The translations under genes were made by a program, and so were the position numbers. DNA of 64,000 bases, taken from assembly GCF_964204645.1 (NCBI RefSeq), contig NC_134029.1, forward strand, positions 4,092,001 through 4,156,000, read 5' to 3'. The first letter of the stretch is position 1. Every line of letters starts with the position of its first letter. The DNA is from Tubulanus polymorphus. Lineage: Eukaryota; Animalia; Nemertea. Shown piece by piece: positions 25,801 to 36,800 of this stretch. The notes under the pieces were generated by a model. The model worked only from the letters and a program-made list of their open reading frames with translations, made no database searches and was not told the DNA's origin.

Positions 25801-28800
25801 AATTATAAGATTGATCCCAAATGAGAAAGTACGTATGTTCTTGAGGGTCTATTAGTTTCAGCCATGAAATAATATTCATCGCTGTTTGAATGTTAGTCTG
25901 ACAAAGAGTTCGATGTTCCAACAATTCCCCTAACGATTCCTCTGACAAGCTGTTGTATTGATCGTGCACTGTTTTTTTTAAATGTGTTCCTAAGTCATTA
26001 GAACAATTCAGAGCTCAACACATTTTCATTCACATTTGCGATTTATCATCGAAAATTTACTGAAAGATCGATTTCCATAACGGTGACATCGCTTGGTAAA
26101 GAACACATACTTGCGCAGGTTTTTTTCCCATCGCCATGGAATCCCCGTCGACATTGACATTTCCCTCGAATACACCGAGCCTTCTTGTGGCAGTCGTTAT
26201 TTCGGAAACACTCTATCAAATGAGAAAGAATCCGTGTAAAAACAAATAGGCTCGATATGATTGATGTAATAACTAGTATAAAAACACCATCGTCGCCGCC
26301 TTCCGAACATAAGATAGATACGTATTTTCAAGCGTAAATTCATAAAGCATATTATATTCGTACCAACTTTTCGACATATTCCACACGTCCAGCCACAGTT
26401 CTTCTTTGCCCAAGATTGTTTACATTGATTCTTCAGTCTTTTCTTTCGACAGGTCTTCGAGTGACCCTCATCGAAACATTCTACAAAATAGCGAACATTC
26501 AGTTTCTATCTTTATAAAACCTGGCTGACATCACGAAAAATCTTCAGACCGTGTACCTTTACATGCACCGCATGTTTTAGTGCAGTATCGTTTGGCATAT
26601 TTCTTCTTACATTTTCCAAGTTTCTTCCATCGATCACAGAATCGCTGTTTCTTTCGATCCTGGCATCCCTTTTCCTGAATGAGAAGAATAAGCGAAACTT
26701 TGCATTTATAACCGAACCGATTGTGAAGATACCGTTTCCCCTATTAAATAGCATATCGCAATATTACCTCTTTTCCTTTCGGTTCCTCTGTAAGAAATAA
26801 AAGTGAGAACGAGTAAGCGAAGTGATTAAGTCTTGAATCAATACGAACAGGTTAGCTCAAATACTAACCTAATGATATACAGTGTTTGCATGTTTTTGCA
26901 CATTTCGTTTTTCCAATATCTGTATCACATTTGTTTTCCTTCTTTAACTGTTTACACTGACGGTGACTGCGCTTATCAGAACATTTCCCGTTGTCGAGGG
27001 GTTTTTCATTGCCAGCTAGAATTACAGGCATATATATAATTGATTTACATCAGGGATTACGAGTGTTTTTACATTCCCATATCTGCGCTGACTTACATTT
27101 ACAATAGCCACACGTTTTTTTACATTTATTTTTTGCACTCGAGGTACTACACTGATTCTTCTTTTTCTTTAAGTTACAGACATTCCGACTATACGCGTCT
27201 TTACACACGTCACCGCTGGGTTTCTGATAAAAAGATAGATAGATTTCTGACAGATGTGGTTACTTACACAGATATTCTGTACTAACTCTTAACTCAAGAA
27301 TACAAAGATATCTGAAAATATATTTACTCCAATACCTCATTTTTCGGTTTCGACGGTTTTTCATTTTTCGGTTTCGACGGATTTTCATTTTTCGGTTTCG
27401 ACGGTTTTTCATTTTTCGGTTTCGACGGTCTTTCATTTTTCGGTTTCGACGGTTTTTCATTTTTCGGTTTCGACGGTTTTTCATTTTTCGGTTTCGACAG
27501 TTTTTCATTTTTCGGTTTCGACGGTTTTTCATTTTTCGGTTTCGACGGTTTTTCATTTTTCGGTTTCGACGGATTTTCATTTTTCGGTTTCGACGGTTTT
27601 TCATTTTTCCGTTTCGACGGTTTTTCATTTTTCAGATTCGATGGATTTTCTCCTCCCGCTAAAAATATACACAATTAGATACGTATCAGTTTTTATGATT
27701 AGTTATAATGGTAGATATATAATTCACCCTTCATGTACTGATGTAGTTACATACATTTACAATGTCCACACGTTTTTGCACATTTCTTTCTTGCATTTGA
27801 GGTACGACATTTATCATTTTTTACCATGTAGTCGCAATAATTCTTCTTTCCCGTGTCTTCACACACGTCACCACCTGACTTTTGAATAAATAATATCATT
27901 AACATGAGGCGCATTTGTTCGAAATCGGTTTGTAGGAAAATCGTCTTGCCGACGTCTTTGTTTAGGCGTAAACCTAAACAGTTTGCGTAAACCGAGTAAA
28001 CCGTTCGGCGAGCGATTTTTATACATCAAACCGACTTTTCCAGTATGGCGGAAGAAGTACATTTTCTCTCAAACTGACTTTTCGTTTTGTCGCATTCGTT
28101 TTCACTACGGCTAACCGGTTTGGGACTAAACTGACATAAACCGGTCTCTATAATAAACCGATTTCAAACAAATGCGCCCATGATGTGAATAGTGACAATC
28201 AGTATCGAGGCCACGCCATATGATTGACTGCTTTCACTTCTTGCAAGTTACAAGTTACAAGTTACAAGTTAGTTTATTCATCATAATCAAATGACATCAT
28301 CGCCAATGAGCTATGAATCAGTGCAATGACGTCAACAACGTCCCCAACGCTAAAGTTAATATTCACGTGACGTCACACACGTCATATTGTTACTATTGTC
28401 CCTCGTCAAATACCGTGACTAGACGCTTCTGCTAAATGGACATTATGACGTGCTGTGACGTCAAGTGAGTTAGGCGCAGACCCATCACGCAACCCTATTA
28501 GGTCACGCGCAAGTCCTATAAAGAAATGGCCTTCAACTCGTTTATATATATTTGAGAATAACACACCAGGCCAAATGATCGTATTCTAATCATGAAATCG
28601 AATGAAACACATTTTAATGACTTAAAATTGAAAAATATTGCCTTCAATGTGAATGATAATTTGAATGATGCTTACCTTGCCAGACGCTTTATTTGTTTCT
28701 GCATCTATAAAGATAGGTATGAACAGTGCATGCAGTCGTTTTTTAAATTTCTAACGCAATCTCCCGCAACAGCTTCACGACGTAGGTGACATATTGAAAA

Positions 28801-29081
28801 ATATTTCATTTATAAAAATCAAAAATTTTGTCTTTGTTATATTCATTCAAATTGAGCTGAAATTTCCCTAATACGTGGTTGACATAGACAAAAATGACGA
28901 GTGACGTTAATGTATTTAAGTCTCAATCTAATTATCCATTTGATACGTTTTTGCATTATTTTTTAGCTAGTTGGATGTTGTTTCACGTCATTCAATGTTC
29001 AATGCATCATTACTTACCACCGTTCCCGATGAGAATAGCTATGACAATGATGCCTAGAGCGAAAACCGTCCAAATCCGCAT
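13849..29081 (-). CDS. Large secreted mosaic protein, zonadhesin/FCGBP/gel-mucin-like: SP-ShK-(NEKPSKPK)n-ShKx4-EGF-[VWD-C8-TIL-EGF]-ShKx2-EGF-[VWD-C8-TIL-EGF]-ShKx2-EGF-[VWD-C8-TIL-EGF]-EGF-PTS-F5/8C-Cys-rich x2
   Basis: Exon 1 29018-29081 MRIWTVFALGIIVIAILIGNG (signal peptide). ShK exons with C..C..C..CxxTCxxC. VWD starts CSASGDPHY (~25730), CQARGDPHF (~22360) and CQGRGDTHY (~19070). C8 exons ~24448-24621, 20902-21196, 17932-18231. TIL exons. F5/8C PLGIESGII..VDLGK..LRIELYG (14961-15660). Stop at 13849. About 40 GT-AG exons; some micro-exon phases unresolved. Confidence 0.88.
16062..16700 (-). repeat. 42-bp coding tandem repeat (EPTTGPGETSAG[A/V]T x ~14-15), mucin PTS domain
   Basis: Near-perfect 42-nt units inside exon 15915-16847. 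Confidence 0.95.
22672..22743 (+). tRNA. trnG-TCC: tRNA-Gly (TCC)
   Basis: GCGTTCG/CGAACGC acceptor stem, anticodon arm GTTGC-CTTCCAA-GCAAT, T-arm CCGGG-TTCGATT-CCCGG, downstream TTTT. Confidence 0.97.
24157..24219. repeat. 20-bp minisatellite x3
   Basis: GATATATGTTATGGAATTTT repeated three times, intronic. Confidence 0.9.
24348..24419 (+). tRNA. trnG-TCC: tRNA-Gly (TCC), identical second copy
   Basis: 72 nt identical to 22672-22743, followed by a TTTTTT Pol III terminator. Confidence 0.97.
25449..25483 (-). ncRNA. Minimal type I hammerhead ribozyme-like motif (Penelope-derived) in a mucin-gene intron
   Basis: Minus strand CTGATGA-T-GAGAT-TTAGTTTG-ATCTC-GAAAC-GTT: intact CUGAnGA and GAAA boxes, stem II, and palindromic AACGTT stem III. 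Confidence 0.55.
27338..27650 (-). repeat. 24-bp coding tandem repeat (NEKPSKPK x ~13)
   Basis: AATGAAAAACCGTCGAAACCGAAA units in exon ~27335-27658, bounded by AG and GT. Confidence 0.92.
27903..28182. mobile_element. MITE with ~28-bp terminal inverted repeats
   Basis: CATGAGGCGCATTTGTTCGAAATCGGTTT ... AAACCGATTTCAAACAAATGCGCCCATG, with internal AAACCG repeats. Confidence 0.75.
28244..28278 (-). repeat. (TAACTTG)4 after AATAAA, resembling a LINE 3' tail
   Basis: Minus strand AATAAAC-TAACTTG x4. Confidence 0.45.
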
Positions 29082-29105
29082 TTTACTGCACTGATTTGAA
29101 ACGCG

Positions 29106-29142
29106 AACTGAACAACTTTAATTGCATCGACTGCTTTATATA
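29106..29142 (-). promoter_or_regulatory. TATA box plus Inr core promoter of the mucin-like gene
   Basis: TATATAAA (29142-29135) about 30 nt upstream of Inr-like TCAGTT (29111-29106), with the ATG at 29081. Confidence 0.6.
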
Positions 29143-32100
29143 CTTGCCGAAATTCAATAATTTTTCAATAACTTTGGCCCGATATGCGGTAGTTCTATTC
29201 ATCAAATAGGCAGTTCTCGCCCGCGTTGCAATTGTTTTAGATTTTTTCATGTTATGTACCACTTGTCGATGTCATTAATTCGATGGCGCTTTCAAATATG
29301 AATGATACATTTTAAAAATGGCGTATGGATTCTCGATTTAAAAGTCATTTTTGAACACAATTTCCTAAAAACATTGAATTGTTCATCTAAAACTGTCTTA
29401 TCGATTTGCTGACAGATTTGATTAATCTGTCCATACGTGCAAATATCGGTTTTATGATTTATTTCTGATTTAACTTATTGATCTTATATTAAATCTATAG
29501 TTGAAAATGGATGAATTGTCATTTTAGACAATCAAGTGCAGACTATGAATGAGTATCCGTACTTACCGGCTGGCTTATCTCGACGGGCGACACGACGCCT
29601 GCGTCGAGTCGCAGGGACGACATAAGTCAGCACCTTCTAATCAAAATCGGATCCCGTTGGTGACTGGAGCCAGGGCAGACTGGGGCACAATCAGCAGCCT
29701 CTAAGATAATTTGTTTTTTAATGAACTCGACCGTTCGACCTTTGGCTTGAAAGCCTATTACCCCTATTACTGCTACTTGAGCGTATACAACAATTGAATC
29801 AATGAAACAAACAAACATGCTCTAGCTTTTCAGAAACACTATTTTTTATTTTTTAGCAATTTTTATTACATTCACAGTAAAAATAAATGATAATCATGGT
29901 ATAATAAACAAACGGACAAATAAATAAATAAGCGCTTAAACACAAAAGTTTCTACGGGATTGTACAAAATATTTAAATTAATCGGACCGAAGTCCGAGGA
30001 AAGAGATTGTTCTCAAATCTTCAACATAAATAATAAATTCAGACGACACAAACTGTCTAACTGACGATCTAACCAACCACGTAGAGCCAACCCGCACGAT
30101 CTTTTTCACATGGAAACGCTTTTTGAACACATATACGAGATATTTGAACACTTCATTTCATACGAGATCGTAAATTCCTTATTTACCACTTATGGGCCGT
30201 TTTTAGTATATAGAGATCATACAACCATGTGCTATTTAATTTTCACGAGAACGACGCCAGATTTACATACCTGTTCCAAAAAACTGGTAAACGACCAAAT
30301 TACATAGTCTTTTGTTGTTATGTAAGACAAGTATATTCGACACTCTCAGTCAAAAAGTATGATGTCACGCCGACACGGTCAAGGCGGTTGAATAACATCA
30401 AAAGTTCCCCGTTTAAACAGTTCAAATCTTTTGGTATTCATAAATATCGCGAAATTACAGTGAATTTGAACCGAACGACGATGGTTAAGTGCTATCAGTT
30501 TACGACCGAGTCGTCATGGTATGGATAGGGTCGACCAAAGACCTACTGCGCGGCTCCGAATGAAAGAAAAAGTCGATCTCAAAAAGAGATATATCAAAGA
30601 ATAAGATATCACCTAATAATTCTACTAACAAGTTCCAAACAATGTGGCCTTTGTAGAAAATGAAAATGGGTGAATGAAATTTCATATGAACTAAATGCAC
30701 AAAAATAGAAAATTCACCGCTAAAATGTACTACACACACGTGCCGCTACTGCCACCTATACCTAAGCCAAAGAACGATTATATTCTTCCTTTAAAGCAAA
30801 ATATGCGAGCACTTTCTATCATTAACAGCAAAATTGCACTTCACAGATTCTCGATCAGTTATTTTTTTCCTCAGCTTGGTTTTTTCAATGAAAGATACAC
30901 ATCTATTGGAAAAGAAACACATTCAAAACTTAACGACCCCGCAATTCACTAAACCAAAAAAACACCCGCCTCGATTACATCGGCTTGAAAAAATAGATAT
31001 GTTTCTACTATATTAATAATTTTTTTTCGTTTAGATTCGTAATATTATTGCACATTACCATAGTTTATCTAATAGTTGGGTTAGAGATACATCGACACAT
31101 ACATATAATATGTATACATAAATAAATAGTTACTATTGTGTGTATGTATCTAATCATATTGACCAATCAAGTTACAATATCATACATTCTATCATTATTA
31201 TCAATATTACCAGTATTAATATCGATTATTATTACTATCGTTATTATCAATATATAAACAATATATAATCTATATATATATATATATATATAATACGGTA
31301 TGAACAATTTGATTCTTTGCAAGCACCTCGACTTTGAATAGAGTAAATACCAGCGCAAAGCTAATTTACACTAGTCTTCAGAAGGTATCAACAGTGAAAT
31401 CTACAACTTTGAGTTCGAGCTGGAATCAAATAGATACATTTTTCCCGGTTCTATATTACTCAATTGTAACCATTACTTTCCGATTTCTAACCAGGAATGT
31501 GCAAAAAATGGTTCAGATGCCTAATAAACATTTTCATTTCAAACACAAAAGGTTAATTCAACTATGAAGCTGAAGCCCAGTAAATACGGGCATAAATCTG
31601 GAAATGAAAATATCACTATTCAACCAACGTTTTATATAATTTATGGTCCCAGAAAACCTGACCAGGGTAGCGTTAATTACAACATATGTTTGAAAATTAA
31701 TATGAAAGGTAGCAATATGGTGCCTGGTTACAGGGGTTCAGGGTAACACAAAACATGTTCCAGTCACGGAGTATCACATTTTCACACGTGATTGACCAAC
31801 CTCAAAAACCTATCCTTAAGAGTAATTTATGCAGGATAATTACTCCATGAGATTAACAGGCGCTGATGCCACAGATTATCTAACCTCTGATCCATTTGCG
31901 AGACAAACTGACCAAGATTTATATTCTGAAGACATCACACGCAAGTTGTCTATTCATGATAACCTTCATGCTATACATCATAATACATATACATAACTCT
32001 GTGAGACTTGAGTATAAGTTGAACAATCTACATTTTGGCATAGCACATAAATACATGTCATAACAAAAACAATTAATATGGTTTTTCTATACATTTTGAT

Positions 32101-33815
32101 GAGCAAATTCCATCAATATATCAAAATACAAATCTTTATACGACGTATTTTTATTTGTATCATACATATTTTCAAGATGGCAACACTTGACAACAGTTAA
32201 ACAGTTCTGTCGTACAATATGTTTCACACATAGTGGAACATTTCTCAAGATTCACAATCATATACGGTATGTACGTTGTGTTCTACAACTAGTTCTATCA
32301 CCTCCCTCCTAACAACTTTCCACATTTATCCATCGAAATATACTATCATAAGTCTTGCCTTAACTCAGAATACGGTTAACTCATATTTTTACAATAAAAC
32401 AGACACTTATATCATCTAGACGCCCAAATCATCTCCTCATTCAACATTGAAACTTCCATGAAGTCAGCGAAGAACTCGGGACACTAATCAGCAAATCAAC
32501 TTCACAGCGAAATCAGTGATAAATAAGAAACTGACTCCAACTACATTTAACGAATGCTTATCTACTCGACATACTAAACCACTACATGTATATGAGTGAA
32601 TAAACTACGGTATCAGATCTAACTCCCTGTCACTTATCAGTAAGCTTATTAATCTCTCTTAAAGGCATTACAAAAGGTCTTACAAAATTATCGCTAACTC
32701 CTGTGTAAAAAACAATCTGTTGCTACCTATTTGTGCGTACATAAAGTATCGTCATTGCCAGTTTTTGGTTTTGAGTCAGTAGATTGAATCCGAATATAAA
32801 CATGTGAAATGTCAGACAATGTGTGAATATAGTGCGCGTGAACACGTATAAACAACATGTTCAATACGATCATGAATCACATCAAATATACCATGGCCTG
32901 GTGTAAACGTCGCTGCTAAGGGAGACCGAGAAAGACATGGAGATCAACCTCCAAAGATTCCTGGTCTCGCTTTACGAGTGGATTCAGACATATTGGAGAT
33001 CTCGGATGCCTAATGTTCGAATAGGGAGTTTTGATTGAAGAAGGTATCATATGAAAGTGAAACAACTTGTACATGCACACAATGAAAACATGCACATGTT
33101 GTTCAAGTCAAAATGCACAACAAAAATCTTCAATGCCCAATATTTTATTACCGGGTACACGATGTACATCAACAATACAAACATGTACACAACGAATGCA
33201 CATAATAATATGTACCAGTAACATGTTCAGTATCGAATGTGCATGTACACGATGTTCGCTGATATGAATATATCACAAATACAAAAATAACATATATCAT
33301 GCATACTATTAGAACATTACAGCGCATATCCAAAGTGCGTATCATTATTGTCTTAAACGTTTTCCTGTAAATGTACTAAAACACGAAAAATATATTTCAA
33401 CGGCTGATAAACCATGTTTACAGTGAACTATAAAGCGCAAGCACATGCATATACTCTTCTCACATGTACCAATGATCTACTATTGTTATACGATTAAGTA
33501 AGTTGATTTCCGATTAAGAATATAGTGGGTATTATGTTTTGTTTTTTAACAGACAACACTCCACACAGCCATGCATTTCTTTATATAAACCACCAGTGAA
33601 CGTATGTGCACGATTTTACGCCGGTTTTTCCCGCCATACACACGAACGATCGTACAACGACAACTCGAACGATATACGTTTCGTGCCACGGAAAAAAATA
33701 CGGCTCGATATTGCGTCTCGGTCGTCATCGTCGTCATTCAGTACAACTAAACAGTTCGTACTAAATTCTGAACTAAATGCAGCTAGGCTCGTCAGATGTG
33801 TGAAGACGGTAGACG

Positions 33816-36800
33816 TCATAACTGGCTACCCATCGACAAGGCGTAAGCGTCGCGGCCCAATGGATGAGGATCGATCTGAAAAAATATCAAAACAAAACTA
33901 AACATAAGCACGCGTTTCCAACTATTGAGTGCAGAATTAACTATATTCAAGAATATGTACTTCTTAATAACGGCTATGACATATACATATACCAATGCGT
34001 TACACATATAGTACACGCATATTGTGGTTATTTTCCTTTGATTTGAAAGCATTAATCTAGCACTTCGTTCATGGTTATCTTTAAAAAATTATGCTACTGA
34101 GTTGGCAACTGTGTGTGTTAATAGTCCTACGAAGTGGACGAAGTGCATTAGTCCTATAGCGATTTGCTATGCAATCTAATTTCAATTAAGTAAGTTATTC
34201 TCTACTGATAGTTCATGTTTTTCAAGTCGAATACAAAATCGAGTTGTTGAAGGAAAAAAAAATGACAAAGAAAGCTGTCAAAAAACCGATAGTGGATAGA
34301 TTCTTGAAAGCAGATTTTAAAAAGTTTTCATATCAATATTACCAAAACTCCACTAAGAAAGTTGATGAAATTGTGTGAAATCTTTCGATCATACAAGGAA
34401 CAGTGAATCAAATCTCTAAATAGCTAGACAATCACCGGTAATCAAACCCAGTGGTTAACTCAATTGATGAAGTCAGTCATAGGGGCTACATCGCATAGAT
34501 TGAAAATGTTCTTACACCGGGGCCAGTTGTACATAAGTTGGCTAATACCGAGATTCAATCATCCACAGGTTAAGTTAAACCAACTTTTGAATAACTGGCC
34601 CCGATCTTAAGCATATTTTCAGTCAGTGCAACAGTGGCCTGGGCACTATTTCAAATATGCCGCAGGTGAATTGGTGTGTAAGGTAAAATGAACGTATCAC
34701 CAACCAGCCCCCTTTAATCAAAGCTATAAAATGCCTAGCACGAAGAGAGTTAATTCGTCCCAACTGAAATTTAGGTATTCGAGAAAAAAAATTGTTACGT
34801 ATAGTTACATACATAATATGTATATAATAGATGTGAATAGAGACTTTGACCAGTTTGACTCGAAAGTGAAAATAACGATACCTTTCCCAGAAAACTGTTG
34901 GCAATTCAGGTTGTTACATAAACCTATATGTAGACAAGAAATTCAACGAATTTTGAGCGAGTTTAATGAGTTAAGAATGAAAAGATGCGAAAGATACAGT
35001 TGCGATTACTATTGGTAGACAATGTGTGAATGATTTAGATAATGAAAGGATTTTAGAATCAAAGGCACCTGCCTTGTAAACTATAAGATTTTTCAATAAA
35101 TCGCGGAATTCCAAATTATGCGTTAATCATTGTAAGATATATAGAGTTTAAGCACTTTGATATAATTCCAGTCAATCAAGTTGCTGCTGCTCAACTTGAA
35201 ACTATTTCAGAAAATTAGTCGAAGAATATCACGATTAACTGCGTTTAATATTAATAAGGATGGCGAGCGAAGAAACTGAACCGTTAAATCCGACCGACAG
35301 TAAGGATGGATCGAAGCAACTCACCTCGCTATAAGCTGGCGGAGGTCGATATCTATAATCGTACACGTACGTATACATCGGTGTAAACGTGATTTCACCC
35401 ATCGTTCCTAATCCATCCTCGTCGTCTTCATCATCGTTTATATTCACTGCTCCACATATGCTTTCCGCGTACGTCGGCGGATCTGTTAGAACAACGATGA
35501 AACATTTTATCATCTTCACCAGGATCATCGATCTCAACCCTTAACCCATCAGACAGGGTGGCCACTTTCCATTGCTTTAAAAACCCCTGTACTGTGTATC
35601 ATTTGTCAAATTCCCTGAGTTTTCCAAATTTTTTTCTAGATTTTTCTGATTTCCTGAGTTGTCCAGGTCAGTGGCTACCCTGTGAGACCAATTTTGGTTT
35701 ATGGTACGTGAGTTAGATTTTCAAAAGTATTGAAAAATATTTGAGGCTCTCCGTAAGCATATCTTCTAACATTATCAATTTAAGTTTTTCATAGCCTTCA
35801 GAAAATTTTTCGGTAAAGGATATATGAACATACCGTCAAACGGGGGCGGAGGTGTAGGAGTTTCCCTGTACGGTGGAGGGGCAGGCATGAGTTGATTGCC
35901 GAAATACGACACGTTCGTGTCACGTAGCACCATTGGGTCAGATAAGAGATGTGGATTTACACGACGGAAAGGTACAGTTCCAATTACTATCGGTAGATGA
36001 AGTGACAGATTATATGCACCCGGTATATGCAAGGCAACCTGAAAATATATATCAAGCGGTTTATTTTCAAAAATATCAGAATATCACAATTAAATGCTAT
36101 CTAACTTTTCTCACAGTACTTGGAACAAATATAATCAATTACGCTTTATGACACTAGTCCAGGGCCAACAATACTAGTGTACTTAGAATTCTCTTTTGAA
36201 TCAATGTAATTTCCAATTTCTTGAGAAGCAGTTCATTAAGAAATTACAAAACTTTTCTATTCAATTTTAAGATGTCTATATATTTTCCTTGCATTTCAAG
36301 TCACTAAGATACGAAAAACATTAAAGCTAGAAATACTGTTGTAATAATGAATAGTTAGGCCTACCCAATAAGAAATTTTTTTTTGAATCGATGTAAATTT
36401 TGATATTATCTAGACCCACGTTACCTTGACATAGTATTCAACTTTTATCACACAACAATTCATAACAGACGGAGAAACAGCGGGAATTTTGAGTAACTGA
36501 GCGTCCCACGTAGCTCGACTTCCCGGTGAAACAGGTAAACCTAGACAAAAATATCAAATTCGCATCGTCATTACAGGATCCCTACAGATCAGTCATTCCT
36601 GGTTATAAGGAGTTTCATAAATAGAAAATTTCAAATTTTGAGAAAGCTTCTGCATCGCTTTCATATCACAATAACAATAGACTCCTCCTGAATTGGTACT
36701 GTTCATCCCGGTAAAACCATTAATTCAGTGCTTACACCTTAACTCGGTGTCCTGTTGCCAACTGTACCTATTTAGGCGTAGTCTGTACAACTACAAACAT

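Noticed and set aside
27260-27628. Protamine-like (MKNRRNRK)n ORF
   Set aside because: Alternative frame of the 24-bp repeat. Splice phase and the neighbouring KPSGDVC exon support the NEKPSKPK frame.
29560-29715. U1 snRNA (TACTTACC start, AATTTGT Sm-like site) or 7SK 3' stem resemblance
   Set aside because: Lacks the U1-70K and U1A loops and the 3' stem. No 7SK GATC 5' stem or adjacent terminator on that strand.
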